NCBI GenBank assembly: GCA_002269645.1
Contig: NIVC01004208.1
Coordinates: 1-55,150 of the forward strand
DNA: 55,150 nt
Source of the DNA: Macrostomum lignano
Taxonomy: Eukaryota
Reading direction: 5' to 3'
The notes below the pieces were generated by a model. That model worked only from the letters and a program-made list of their open reading frames with translations. It made no database searches and was not told the origin of the DNA. A program made the position numbers and the translations under genes. Shown one piece after another: positions 12,155 to 24,746 of the stretch. Every line of letters starts with the position of its first letter. Positions within the stretch are counted from its first letter, which is position 1.

Positions 12155-14236
12155 ATGGGCTGCGGGCCGAGCTCCAGCGCCGATGACGACTCGGAGCAGC
12201 AACAGCAACCGCTGCAGAAGCAGCAAAAAGACGACGGCAAGAAACATGGCAAGCAAAAACGATCGAAGTCGCCGCAGACTGGCGGCAAAGACGTCACCGA
12301 TGCCTCTGTGGAGGCTCTGAGCATCAAATCCGCTCTGCTCATCCAGAAGTGGTACCGCAGGTACAAGGCCCGCCTCGAGGCCAGACGCCGCACCACCTGG
12401 ATGATTTACCAGAGCATCGAGTACTCAAGCGAGGCCAGCCAGCTGCACCTGTACAATTTCTTCAGCGACATGATGCAGCTTGCAGACGGAAAGCAGCCCC
12501 AGCAGCCCCAGCAGCAGCACCTGAGTCCCGCCGGCTCCGGCGACCCTGCCAACAACCGCTTCGCCGAACGGCTTCGCCAGAAGAGCCTCGAAGAGGAGGA
12601 CCAGGAGCTCCTGGAACTGACCAGCTACGAAGGCATCCAAGTTGAAAAGAGCTATCGCGGTCCCCATCTAAGCTTCCCGCTAAGCGCCAGCCACGTGCAG
12701 GTACTGATTGACAGCTTCCGTCAGGGCACGCAACTGCACTCGCGCTACTTGCTGCAGTTGCTGCACGAGGCTCGCCTGTTGCTGAAGACCAAGCCGAACG
12801 TGTACCAGGCCAGCACCAGCATCTCGCGACAGGTCACCGTTGTTGGCGACTTGCATGGCAAGCTAGACGACCTACTGGTGATATTTTACAAGAACGGACT
12901 GCCGGACGTCACCAACCCATACGTATTCAACGGTGACTTCGTGGACCGAGGCGCAAACTCGGTGGAGACGGCGGCCCTGCTGTTCGCCTGCCTGCTGGTC
13001 TGGCCGAGCGCCGTGTTCATCAACCGGGGAAACCACGAGGACCACCTCATGAACTGCCGCTACGGCTTCATCAAGGAGGTGCAAGCCAAGTATAAGACGC
13101 CTGCTAATAAGATTGTACGTCTCTTTGGCGACACCTTCTCCTGGCTGCCTCTGGCGACAAATATCGACGACAAAATCCTAGTGACTCATGGCGGCATCTC
13201 CGACAAGGTGGACATGGAGCGTGTTCAGAAGCTAGACAGGCATCAGTACCTGTCGGCGTTGAAACCGCCCGTTAGCGACAACGAGAACGCAAAGGTCGAC
13301 TACAAAGAGTGGCGTCAGGTGTTGGACCTGCTCTGGAGCGACCCAAAGCCCCAGGCCGGCTGCGCACCGAACACTTTCCGCGGTGGCGGCTGCTACTTCG
13401 GGCCGAATATCACCGAGGCGTTTCTTCGAAAGCACAAGTTCTCGCTGCTTGTCCGTTCGCACGAGTGCAAACCAGACGGCTGGGAGTTCTGTCACGGCGG
13501 CGCCGTGCTGACTCTGTTCTCCGCCTCCAACTACTACGAGGACGGTAGCAACAAGGGCGCCTATGCAAAGTTTGACGCGGAGGGCAAGCCGCACATCGTC
13601 CAGTACATGGCCAGCAAGGCGCGGAAGCTGCCAGTAGGCCGGCGACTGTCCACCGTTGAAGAGGGTGCGCTGAAGGACCTTCGGGCCAAGGTGATCGCCA
13701 GCAAGACAGAACTGACCGCCGCTTTTCAACGCTTCGATCCGGATAAAACCGGTTCCATCCGGTTGGCCGACTGGTGCGAAGCGATGGAGCAGACGCTGAG
13801 GCTGGGCCTGCCGTGGCGGACGCTGCGACCGCACCTGGCCCAGCTGGCTAAGGATGGCCGACTGCTGTACATGACCAGTTTCGATTGCGTCAGCATCCAG
13901 ACCAAGCTGGGAGCCAGCGCTGGCAAAGAGGTCGCTGGCTCGCTCACTGAGGCAGTGTACAAAAACAAAGAGGAGCTGGAGACCATCTTTAGAATCATGG
14001 ACAAGGACAACAGCGGCCAGATTAGTCTGGACGAGTTCCAGGAGTCCTGCCGCGTGCTGACGCAGGCCACGGGCCGTCAGATGACCGAGGCGGAGGTCGG
14101 CGACATGGCCCGCTCGATGGACCTCAACAGCGATGGGTACATCGATTTCAACGAGTTCCTGGAAGCCTTTCGTATCATCGACACGAGGAAGCGACAGGAG
14201 GACGCGGCCGGAGCTCAAGGTGGCAGCAGCGGCTGA
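12155..14236 (+). CDS. PPEF: Ser/Thr protein phosphatase with EF-hands (PPEF/rdgC), intronless
   Basis: MGCGPS N-acylation-type start, IQ motif ALLIQKWYRRY, PPP motifs GDLHG, GDFVDRG, RGNHE, RSHE, and C-terminal EF-hands DKDNSGQISLDEF and DLNSDGYIDFNEF. The frame is open from 12041, with a possible acceptor at 12067. Confidence 0.95.
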   Translation: MGCGPSSSADDDSEQQQQPLQKQQKDDGKKHGKQKRSKSPQTGGKDVTDASVEALSIKSALLIQKWYRRYKARLEARRRTTWMIYQSIEYSSEASQLHLYNFFSDMMQLADGKQPQQPQQQHLSPAGSGDPANNRFAERLRQKSLEEEDQELLELTSYEGIQVEKSYRGPHLSFPLSASHVQVLIDSFRQGTQLHSRYLLQLLHEARLLLKTKPNVYQASTSISRQVTVVGDLHGKLDDLLVIFYKNGLPDVTNPYVFNGDFVDRGANSVETAALLFACLLVWPSAVFINRGNHEDHLMNCRYGFIKEVQAKYKTPANKIVRLFGDTFSWLPLATNIDDKILVTHGGISDKVDMERVQKLDRHQYLSALKPPVSDNENAKVDYKEWRQVLDLLWSDPKPQAGCAPNTFRGGGCYFGPNITEAFLRKHKFSLLVRSHECKPDGWEFCHGGAVLTLFSASNYYEDGSNKGAYAKFDAEGKPHIVQYMASKARKLPVGRRLSTVEEGALKDLRAKVIASKTELTAAFQRFDPDKTGSIRLADWCEAMEQTLRLGLPWRTLRPHLAQLAKDGRLLYMTSFDCVSIQTKLGASAGKEVAGSLTEAVYKNKEELETIFRIMDKDNSGQISLDEFQESCRVLTQATGRQMTEAEVGDMARSMDLNSDGYIDFNEFLEAFRIIDTRKRQEDAAGAQGGSSG

Positions 14237-15159
14237 AAACGTCAGTTACCAAAATACAAAGGAACCCATGTACTTACTTGATTTTAATACGCTGTGCAGT
14301 AAAGTTTACGCACTAACTTTATCATAAATATGTCGAAGCTATGTGCAGCCATCACGACTAGAAACACTGTCCTTGGCATACTGTTTAGACCAGGTAGTTG
14401 GTACAAATAACTAAAAGTTCGCCAAGATGCACCTCGTTATACCATCATCTCTATTGTTATTTTTGATCCAGTGCACCCAAATTCCTCTAAGCTTGATTGA
14501 TTGTCAATAAATACATGTGTACGGTTCGTTTATGTGAGCACAGAATAAATTTTGATCTAATTTAGCTCCGTAGGATCTATACTGTTAGAAAAGGCCCTTA
14601 CAGATACCTCATGTTTGAGTGAGCGCATGATTAACACAAAACAAGAAAAATGACTTCCAAGACCTTCGGGGCCCCCGGGCGCGCCTTGCGAGGCTATTCC
14701 AATTTACGATCGAATATATATATATAGAAATAATAACCCACTGGTTCCAATTTTATCAATTCATAAATATATATATTCATTTGGAAATGCAATTTGCTTG
14801 TCGGGAGTGAACGAGAGCTCCTCTGCAGCAAAACCGAGTCGAGCACAAGCCCCCTCTCCAGAGACCTCAAGTATTAGCTCAGGCATTCATCTGCACTGCG
14901 AGGCTTTCGGCTCTACAAAATTAATCCCTTCGCTTTAATCCTCGGGTAGAAAATGAAATTGCTAGATCAATTTCAGGCATGCACCGCCGGGCCCTGGCCG
15001 CAGGATTCGGAGTGAGTCTAGGCTGTAAATCCTGACAAAGAATTTAAATAGATAGTAGGGTCAAATGGGAAGCAGAAATGTTTCGTCCCAGAAAGGGCCA
15101 AACTGAGTACATATTTGACGTCATTCTATACCGGGAATCAAGGCACCAAAACATGGTGC

Positions 15160-15365
15160 TAAATAGCGCAAAAACCGTGTGCAAAATAGCGCAAAAACCG
15201 TGTGCAAAATAGCGCAAAAACAGGGTGCAAAATAGCGCAAAAACCGTGTGCAAAATAGCGCAAAAACCGTGTGCCAAATAGCGCAAAAACAGGGTGCTAC
15301 GTGGCGCCAAAACAGGGTGCTAAATTATACTCGTAGCGCCAAAACAAGTTACTAAATGGCGCAAA
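15160..15365. repeat. 23-bp minisatellite (AAATAGCGCAAAAACCGTGTGCA-like)
   Basis: Tandem copies visible. Confidence 0.85.
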
Positions 15366-15947
15366 AACAATGCACTACGTTCTACCCCTGTTGACCCCGC
15401 CCACCCCCTCGGGTATGCCTCTGCATAATGGCAATTACATGTCCTCACTTATGTCAATATCGCAGCTTTCTATCTTAGTTAAAGGCCTGACAGAAAGGGA
15501 CACGGAAGCGTGAAGAGATTTTCTCAATCATTCCCGCACCAATTCTGTCATATTTCTTTATTGGATTTTTCAAAGTTGAGCTTTGCTGTGTTGTGAGGAC
15601 CGGCTTCTCTGATCAGCTGGAACTGGCATTGAGGATCAGATGAGGAGTCACTTCTCGTCTCGGTTGAGCAGAATGTACTAGCTATTTATTTGCAAGAAAG
15701 GACATCGGCTGCGGATATATATCAACAGTAAAAGCAAAGCTTATTTTGAATTTTATAACTTGCCCGTATTTGCTCTCCACTACTCAGGTGTACTTTAAAA
15801 GCGTATAGGTCGATTGTTAACAAGGTTGAAACCTTTTTGACCTTAACTTTTTTTAACTGCATATAATTACACTCCTACATGGGCTTATAAAAAGTTATTT
15901 CTTTCTTTGTTGTCTCCTCGACGGGGGAGTCAAAAATAGCTAACTAG

Positions 15948-16434
15948 TCCACTATACTAAAAATGAGTCATCGAGTAATAAACGAGTGAGCGTGTATACT
16001 AAAAATGTGTTCTGAGTGACTGCAATGTAAAAAATAAATAAAACATCCTGTAAAAAATAAAAAAGAATCTCGTCAAACATAAAAGAGGCACCATGTGAAA
16101 CATAAAAGAAGCGTATTGCAAGATATGAAAAGGCACCATGAAACATAAAAGAAGCGTAATGCAAGATATGAAAAGGCACCATGTGAAACATAAAAGAAGC
16201 GTAATGCAAGATATGAAAAGGCACCATGTGAAAAATAAAAGAAGCGTAATGCAAAGATATGAAAAGGCACCATGTAAAACATAAAATAAGCGGCATTTAA
16301 ACATCAAAGAAGAATCATGTAATAGGCTTGGGGGAATTGCTGAGATGTGAAGGCAAATAAATACATGTAGGATACACAAATAATTTTCGTCCTTTGCTTA
16401 TAGGCAGCCCCGAAGGGGGGCACAAGATTGCTAG
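15948..16434 (+). mobile_element. Putative non-autonomous Helitron unit in a head-to-tail array, with an internal ~45-bp minisatellite (16085-16280)
   Basis: Starts TCCACTATAC right after hairpin+CTAG (15944-15947) and ends with a GC hairpin + CTAG (16431-16434), followed again by TCCACTATAC. Confidence 0.45.
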
Positions 16435-17144
16435 TCCACTATACTAAAAACTAACTGTAGAGTAATAAATAAGTGTGTATACTAAAAATGTGCTCTGACT
16501 GACAATGAATCAAATAAAATGTAGTCATTTTTTGACACACCCACGCAGGAGCTTGCCACTGGTAAATCCTGCTCAACGAGTGTACTTTTATATGGAATGC
16601 AATAGGAACAGAAGTATAATATATTGATATAAGCGCGTGTGTCAATACTGCGCGTCAGTCAGTCAGTCAGGCACCACCCTCAACGACTTACCATGCATCC
16701 TCTTGGTCTCACCCCAAAGCCCAATAATAATCAGCAGAAGCAGCAGCAGTAGCGCCCCTTGATGCTTAGCCTCATCCCCTTTCCCAATTCGTCCCAGCGA
16801 TTCACGCATGACAGAGGCCATCGAGCGAATCAATATTCCCCGTTAGAGACACAAAGCGTATAGCTTACCTTTGCCTTATTGACTGATGCCCAGCGACTTG
16901 GGCAATGGGGTGGCTTAGGGTGGAGCATCGAGTTTTATTGTATTTGCACAGGAAAGGAATATGGCTAGGTATACTGGCTGCTGCTGCTGCACTCAACGGG
17001 AAATGCTTTAAAGACTCGATTATTGCTTGGCTGCTGGCAGATGCGTATAAAATGCGTTAATATTGATAATTTATATCCTTGCCATTAAAACGCTGTTCTA
17101 CTTTGCATGCTAGCGGAGCTGGTTGTGCTATTTTGGACCCTTTT

Positions 17145-17515
17145 TTGACGCCACTTAGCAAGCACCCTGTTACGGCACTACTTAGCCCCCAGTTTTCGCG
17201 CCACTTAATTAGCACCAGTTTTGCGCGCCACTTAGCACAGTTTCGGCGCCACTTAGCACCCTGTCTCAGCGCCACTTAGCACCAAGTTTTCGTGTCACTT
17301 AGCACCCGCTGTTTTGGCGTCACTTAGCACCCAGTTTTGGCGCCACTTAGCAACAGTTTTGGGGCCACTTAGCACCCAGCTTTCGGCGCTACTTGGCTCT
17401 AGTTTTGGCGCCACTTAGCACCCAGCTTTCGGCGCTACTTAGCTCTAGTTTTGGCGCCACTCAGCACCCAGCTTTCAGCGCTACTTAGCTCTAGTTTTGG
17501 CGCCACTTAGCACCT
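17145..17515. repeat. Degenerate ~22-35-bp tandem repeat (GGCGCCACTTAGCACC core)
   Basis: Tandem copies visible; reverse-complement similarity to 15298-15325. Confidence 0.8.
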
Positions 17516-18215
17516 TGTTTCGCTCATTCTAAATGATTATGCCACTCTGATAGTTCTCTCTTCAAATAATGAGAGCTGACTGTACATGGCTCAGGCTGCA
17601 GAATTGAATGCAGGCTGCAGAGAAAGTTCCTAGGTGGACAACAAAAGACGAGCAGAAGGCGCATCTGTAAAAAAGTACATTTGGCCCTTTCAGACACTGA
17701 GAAAAAACTGCCAGTATACGTTTTTCCTACACTGTATATTTAAGCATTTTAAAACTCTTTTCTACCCTATATTTTACCATATTTGCTTATTATCAAAAAA
17801 ATACATGTACAGCAGATTCTGCCATCCATCTCTACTATTGTTGAGCGCGCCATTAGTTACTTTATGATAATTCAAAAAAGCAAAAATATAAACACTACGG
17901 AAAAAACTGGAAGCGATTTGCTAATTTTCCTACTGACAGTAGGAACACAAGTTTCTGTCCATTTTGTTTGAATAAAATTCTAAGCTAGCTTTTTACAAAC
18001 GAATATATTTATTATATATTTGCTGGGTTCCCAAACTTCTTTTTTGACAGCAATGAGCAGAGTGAGTGCAAGTTAGCAGAGTTGGTTTAAAGATTATTTT
18101 GACAAACTTGACATCTAACTGTTATTAATATTTATTTAAATTTATTAGGCTAGTAACTACTATAAAGAATTCCAGTTCAACACCAGTCTAGTTACTGTCA
18201 GTAGTCCAAAGCAGT

Positions 18216-18506
18216 TCAGTCTATCGCGTACACGGGCTCCACAGTGCGGCTGTAATAGCCGAATGACCGATACATGGCCATCTCTTTCAGCGTGTCCTCG
18301 TCATAGCGGTAGGTCCTGCGCAGCGGGTTGTGCCGAACCCGGCCGAGCAGCACGTCCAAGGTGGAGCCGCCGTCCCAGGGGTTCAGCACCGACCACTTGT
18401 GCATTCTGGGATCCCGCTTCAGCAGAGTTACCACTCGCTTGGCCTCCGCCATGGTCAGGCCGCCTTCTGGCATGTCGTCTGGGACCTGCGGGTCAGGGGG
18501 TGTCAG
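18216..18506 (-). CDS. NDUFA10: NDUFA10 exon 4
   Basis: TAG acceptor in frame with MPEGG. The four exons total 1323 nt (440 aa + stop). Confidence 0.8.
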   Translation of the reverse strand: MTPPDPQVPDDMPEGGLTMAEAKRVVTLLKRDPRMHKWSVLNPWDGGSTLDVLLGRVRHNPLRRTYRYDEDTLKEMAMYRSFGYYSRTVEPVYAID

Positions 18507-18529
18507 CTAGGGGTCAGGTTGGGTCATGC

Positions 18530-18857
18530 TGGGAAATGGGCCAGGTCATGGGAAATGGGCCAGGTCATGGGAAATGGGTCAGGTCATGGGAAATGGGTCA
18601 GGTCATGGGAAATGGGTCAGGTCATAGGAAATTGGTCAGAATCATAGGATATGGGTCAGGTCATGGGAAATGGGTCAGGCCATAGGAAATGGGTTAGGTC
18701 ATAAGAAATGGGTCAGGGTCATGGGAAATGGGTCAGTTCATGGGAAATGGGTCAGGTCATGGGAAAAGGGTCAGAGTCATGGAAAATGGGTCAGGGTCCA
18801 TGGGAAATGGGTCAGGTCATTGGAAGTGGATTAGGTCATAGGAAATGGGTCAGGTCA
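18530..18857. repeat. 19-bp minisatellite (GGTCATGGGAAATGGGTCA)n filling NDUFA10 intron 3
   Basis: Tandem copies visible. Confidence 0.9.
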
Positions 18858-18875
18858 TAAACAAAAAATACAAAC

Positions 18876-19113
18876 CTGGATTCCAAACAGCCGATCAATG
18901 CAAACCCTGGTGTTGGAAAAGCGCATTCTGCTGAAGTATTTGGAGTCAGTATTGAACATGGCCTGACGCCAGTGGATCAGCTTAGTGTCAATATCGGTTG
19001 ACAGGTGCTTCTGGTCCAGATCGATTTTGCACAGCTGCTCGGCAATGTATGTGACGTCATTTTCGTCATTGAAATCGTAATCTTCAACATCGATGGTGGT
19101 GACCTCGGAGAAC
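18876..19113 (-). CDS. NDUFA10: NDUFA10 exon 3
   Basis: TAG acceptor and phase-0 donor; the frame is continuous. Confidence 0.85.
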
Positions 19114-19666
19114 CTAGGGGATGTAAGTTGGATTAGTAGACCACAGATGCTAGAATAACTAGATGGGCTACTCAGCATATTTGCGTGTAAGCTACTTTCA
19201 GTTCAGTAGTAAGTTTAACATGAAGTATTTTAATTTATTTTCAAATCCAAGGCTTATTTATTCGCTCTTAGTATCCCCTAGCTTAAATCCTCCAACCGCG
19301 CCTTTCCTCACTACCCTAATTTTGATTGCCTTACTCGGAATTCCAGCCCAAAGCTGCCATGTACATTTCCGTGGACTGGCTAATGTACATTATTGCTGAA
19401 CCAATTAGCAAGCTGTTTACGCCTGCAAGCCTTGGGCTTCTAAGTTTATCAAAGTGATTTCAGCTGACTTTATTTTTATAAAATAGCTTATGTATTCTTC
19501 TTTGCTACTGAACTAAAAGTAGAAAGCTGTTTTGCTAAGTATATATGCCTGAGTGGTCCACCTAAATATTCTAGTATATTTGGGTTAGACTAAGACAAGG
19601 TGCTCAAGACAGACGAATCAGATTATTAAGTAGAATTATGGCCATAGACATCGCAAAGCAAAATAC

Positions 19667-19958
19667 CTGGTAGCCTTATCCAGATACTCGCTCTCATAGA
19701 CCTGTTTGATCACCTCCAAGAACTTGTCAGTGATGCCAGACTCCCAGGGCACGGCACGCTTATCCAGATTGCGCCTACTGAGTGAAACTGGGGAGCGCAG
19801 GTAGACAATCAGGTGCGGCCGGAACAGTACAGAGCTTACGTGCTTGTCATAGTACTGCAGCCAGTCTCGGGCATCGCTGGACAGAAGGCCGCACTCGGCC
19901 ATGGCTCGGGCAAAAACGTACGTGGCGAATGGACTGCGGTTCATCACAAAGCCTTGGC
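19667..19958 (-). CDS. NDUFA10: NDUFA10 exon 2
   Basis: CAG acceptor; the splice gives NTG|QGFVMNRSPF; PHLIVYL motif; phase-2 donor. Confidence 0.9.
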
Positions 19959-21205
19959 CTGATGGGGGGGGACAAAAATGATCAGCATTGAAGTCAGATG
20001 GGTTTGTGTCATACCATGTGTCATGATATATCAATTTTGATTCACGCTTTACACTCAATTTTTTAATTTAAGTAATCCGTAAACATTGAATCTGCAGACA
20101 TCTACATCTGTGGATCAGAAAGGCTTAGCAGTTTAAAGGATGTTGGTATATTTGATGTAATCACTAAAACATAGTTGACTTTAAAAATCAAAGAGCCTTG
20201 AAAAAAAGTGGTACAGATTGAAAACTTACAAGCATAGACTAAAAAAAACAATCTAAAAAGACAGTCTAATATCAGAAAACATGAAGAATGAGTTCTAGAT
20301 ATACCTAAACCTAAATAGGCCCCTTTTAAAAGATAAAAAATTTTAAATTGTTTACTAGCCCAAAACTTCACTAGCATTGATATGTGGCTTATAATCTAAT
20401 TGCTCTTTTTTCTTTGGTATATTGATTAAGGTAGTGCTATTCAACTATTGTATTAAAAAACAAAATTATTTGTACTAAATTGAACTTATGCAAGAGGCTA
20501 AATATTTTTTGTTTAAAAACAATCAAAACTTGTTTTAAAATGCAAAAAAAACACAAAATATTTTTGGGAATTACTTTTTTGTTATAAACATTTGGGAGAA
20601 AACAACTATACATAGGAGGATTTTTTTTAAACAAAACCATCAAACTAACTTGTTTTGTGAACTAAATCTCAAGCAGTTCAAACAAAATGTATCAATAAAA
20701 ACCAAAATACATGAAAATGCTACTAGACTACATTAGAACCACTGGTACAAATTTGGGTAAAAGTTTTTTAAGGGTAGAAGCAAAAAACCCTAGTACAACT
20801 TGATGATAGATTTTTGGGATTCTTTTTCAAGATAGAACATTTACCCCTAGAACATAACTTCAACAATGGTTTAAAGCCTATGTATTTAATTTTATTTTTT
20901 GTGCATTGGGGATATCATGTATTATCTTGACTTTCCAGATTGCATTCTTAAATTGGGCCTTGGATACAATTTTGCATTTTAATGCCAGCAAAAAACCTAA
21001 TATACTTTGGTTATATCAATTTGTAGTATAATTGCTACCTTTTTGCATATCATAAATATATAAATTTGTACCTTACTCAAACTAAGCATATATACAGCCT
21101 TGTTTCTACTCACTGGATGCAATTTGAAAATCTATATTAGAATAATTTAACAAATAGCAGATGGCTAGCTATCTGTCACATTTTCAAAATTTAAAATGTC
21201 ACATT

Positions 21206-21781
21206 CAGGGGCGTAGCCAGGATTTTTTTGGGGGGTATCGGTTAGCTGTTATCAGAAAGCAAGGGCTTGAGATCCACATATCCCCTTAATGTATTTCTAG
21301 TGCATAATACATATAATTACTCTATTTGTTTGTTAATTGTTATTCTTTCGATTTGGATACCTTTCTCTTCCTTTCTCTTTGGTCACAATTGCAACTGAAA
21401 AAAGGAAAAAAATGTTGCTTTGGAAATTTGGGGGTATCAGCCGATATACCGATACCCCCCTCGCTACGCCCCTGGTCATACATGCGCAACCTTCAAAATT
21501 CGGTCGGCCATGCGACTTAGTTTTAACAAAAATGCGACGTAGTTTTTGGCCAAAAATGCGACTTACATGTAAAAAAAACCCAAACGCAAAATTAACGCAA
21601 CTTTGGGTAAACGGCAGGAGTAACTATGACTGTTTTATTAAGGCAAAATGCCTCGTCAGCTACTTAGTACTACTACTTTAGTATTTTTTTGGGTGGGCAT
21701 TTTTGCGACTTTCTTGGTTGGCCGCCAAATCAGTCGGCCGGATTGGCCGACTCGGCCGACTGTTGCGCATGTATGCCCCTG
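21206..21781. mobile_element. Composite hAT-like MITE with 8-bp TSD GTCACATT
   Basis: CAGGGGCGTAGC...GCTACGCCCCTG (21206-21474) abuts a second unit ending GTTGCGCATGTATGCCCCTG (21781). GTCACATT flanks both outer ends. Confidence 0.65.
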
Positions 21782-22527
21782 GTCACATTATGTAATAAAG
21801 TTGAAGAGCAGGGCAGTACTACATGTTATATTGCCATTGAAAGGTGGCAGTGCCAAAAGCATGACAAGTATATAACATTGCATAAAGAATGTTAGTCAAG
21901 AGTTGTCATTCAAGACTTTGAGTATACAGATGATATGATTATAGAATCATATTAGCTACTAATTATTATCTTGACCAAAGTTTAAAAATATGTATTTGCT
22001 TCAAATTATAGAATTTTCAAAATGTTACACTGCAATCTTTAATTCATAGTTTGACCTTAAATGTTCAGTTATAGGGGCCTACTAGTATATAAACAATTTA
22101 ACTAATAATAGTTATAGAAATCTAAGTGGAAGGTTGCCACTATGAGTTGAAGATCCTTGCATAACCAACAAAACACAATATGACAATTTAGTAAAATTGT
22201 CCAGCAAACTATTTGTTTTCTTTATAACCCATAGATAATTCAATAAAGAATATGACAACTTTGGTTAGAGCCATTAGAGAACACTTAATATTGGCTTAAG
22301 AGTTAAAAAGAGACTTCATTGTTAAATATTAAAAATTATTAAATACGACAAATCTAAAACAAAATCTATATAACATAGGGCATAGGCTTAGTCTACAAAA
22401 TGTTCATACTACTAGCATAAGTCATACAGGCTATTAGGTTAAATACTTTAGGGCCTAATCTATGCTTTATTCTACAAAGGATCAAAATTATAATTTATGA
22501 GCAAAAATCGTTGCACTTAAATAATAC

Positions 22528-23029
22528 CTGTGTTAAACAGATGTCCACAACCTTTCCAATAGTCTAGACATCGGTACATATAGTAGTTTTGCTGGAGGTA
22601 CAATGGCTTTCCATCTTTAATAGGATCTTTATCTGTGTAGAGCATCTCAGTTGTGTAAAACTGAAGTCGTTTAGGCAACACTTTGTTGTAGTCCCTGTAG
22701 TCAAGCCCAGGTTCAAAATTTCTGTCAATAAAGAAGTTGTCATCATTTACGCCTGGGATGTACTTCAGGTACAAAACGTCGGCGAGATGGCGCGCAAAAG
22801 TTCCCTTGCCAACAGCGATATTGCCCTCGACAGTAATTGATTTACTGTTTTCATTCAAGTGGTACTGTGGGCGATCGTAGAAACTTGGTTTTGCGTGAAG
22901 CTTTTCATAGGGGTGATCCAACCAGTAGTATTGAATACCCTTGGATTTCAGTTGAAGAGCACATCGAGGCTGCGTAAAGCCCAGAGAACAAGAACGAAGG
23001 ATTCCTGGGCGAAGCAAAGCGAAAGACAT
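22528..23029 (-). CDS. NDUFA10: NADH dehydrogenase 1 alpha subcomplex subunit 10, exon 1
   Basis: Mitochondrial-type presequence and dNK-family P-loop ITVEGNIAVGKG. Phase-1 GT donor at 22527. Confidence 0.9.
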
Positions 23030-24131
23030 CGCGAATTCCTTACTTCCAGCTCCCGTTCGGTAAAGTCTTTCCTAATTGGTTAGTAGGAAATATTAATAAT
23101 AAATAATTTGAGCACTTAAAAAGCTGTAAACGCCTGGAAATATAAACATCAAAGCTCACCTGCTGGAAAACAATTTCTGAGATTCATAGAATATATACAA
23201 AGTTTGAATAGTAGACAAAAAATTAATCTGCATAACAAAAGCAAGCACGTTTACTGGGTAAAAACAAAAAAAAGAAAATAATATTACATACGTCCATAAT
23301 AAAAACAAGAAATAAATTATTAAAAAGTACTTAATTTTTATTAGTCCATCTGAAGACATCGTGAACAAGGGCAGTCAATTCCGCTAGTCATTTGGGCAAG
23401 TATTTTTGCAGTGCTGCGACCTGCGTTAGTAATCCGGCAGCTCCCTATTTAGGGCTATAGGGAGCGCCATAGATCTTATGGTGGGACAACTGCTAAGTTA
23501 AGAATTCGACCACATTTTATGTGTATTATGCATACATAACAAATATATATAATGACAAAATAATTCCTATATCATATTTTATTGAGAATCAGCATTGACA
23601 GTTCTCATTTTGGCGCGCAGGCACTCATTTTGGCGCCGTAGTCTCTAATATACGTGTATACATGTATTTCTCGGACACTAAGGAAAAAATTATTGATTTT
23701 CACAACGGGTAACAATATAATCATAATATGGTGGGGGGATAGGGAGGACAAAGCATGGCATGTCCCCATACTTGGGGGGACATGTCTCCCTGCCCCCCCC
23801 CCCTTGTTGGCGACGCGGCTACATATGTGCAATCAATGATCAATCTGTACATCGAGGCGCTCTTGGAAAAGTAAAAAATGAAAACCGGACAGTAAATGCA
23901 TGGCATGATATGACATGATTTGATACTGTATCAATTCCTTTTACGTAAGATCTATAGAAGTCCTTAATGTCCAGAATTTCAAGAGAGTATATACCGAAGG
24001 GAAATTTAGCTGCGCATTGCTCGCGCTGTAGTGCTCGGGCGCGTACGTGCATGTACGTAGAAGTACATGTACATGTGCAGCCGTATAGTATTAAAGATCT
24101 CTGCTATTAAATGGCCTAATGTACATGTAAT

Positions 24132-24380
24132 CAGGGCCGGCATCGAGTCGCCATGGATTTTATTGTGGGGGGACGAAGCCTACATTCTACATGTACAGTG
24201 CACATACAAAGCACACGACTAATTAATTCGTTTGTACATTATTTTCAGAATCTGTGTTGGAAGCGCTCATTTCGGCGCCGCAGGCACTTACATGTATTTG
24301 GCGCCACAGGCACTCTCATTTCGGCGCCGCAGATATATAAATATTCACTCTGTATCCCAGGCCGTTGGCGACGGCCCCTG
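24132..24380. mobile_element. hAT-like MITE with 8-bp TSD CATGTAAT
   Basis: CAGGGCCG... / ...CGGCCCCTG termini; identical CATGTAAT on both flanks. Confidence 0.7.
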
Positions 24381-24746
24381 CATGTAATTGCTTTGAGGCG
24401 TACTCACTTAAGATATTAAAACAAAGGATCGAAATGCAAATATTTCTTATGATGGCCAGCGCTGTGTGTACAAGTATATTTTAAACTTGAAATTATAAGT
24501 TTGTTGATTTAAAGTTTAAAAAAATTAAATCTAATTCCAAAAGCCGTGCGAATTATCGCATATCAGTCAGAGCAGGTCCCGAATAACCCGAGAAACCATC
24601 TGCGACACACCTGACTGCAGCAATGGTGCTCAGAATTGCCGCACAATTCACCATTCGCTAAACAGTAGTCGAGATAAAATTTCTGACTGAGCACTAAAAT
24701 TGCCAATTGCAAGTCAAAGAAGTGCATGGTTCAAGTTTTAAAGGTA

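Noticed and set aside
13232-14218. 328-aa antisense ORF and similar shadow ORFs over PPEF, ACP7 and pol
   Set aside because: Expected from GC-rich codon bias on the opposite strand; no motifs.
24741-24746. 6-bp TSD of the Polinton
   Set aside because: AAGGTA vs CAGGAC match at only 3 of 6 positions.
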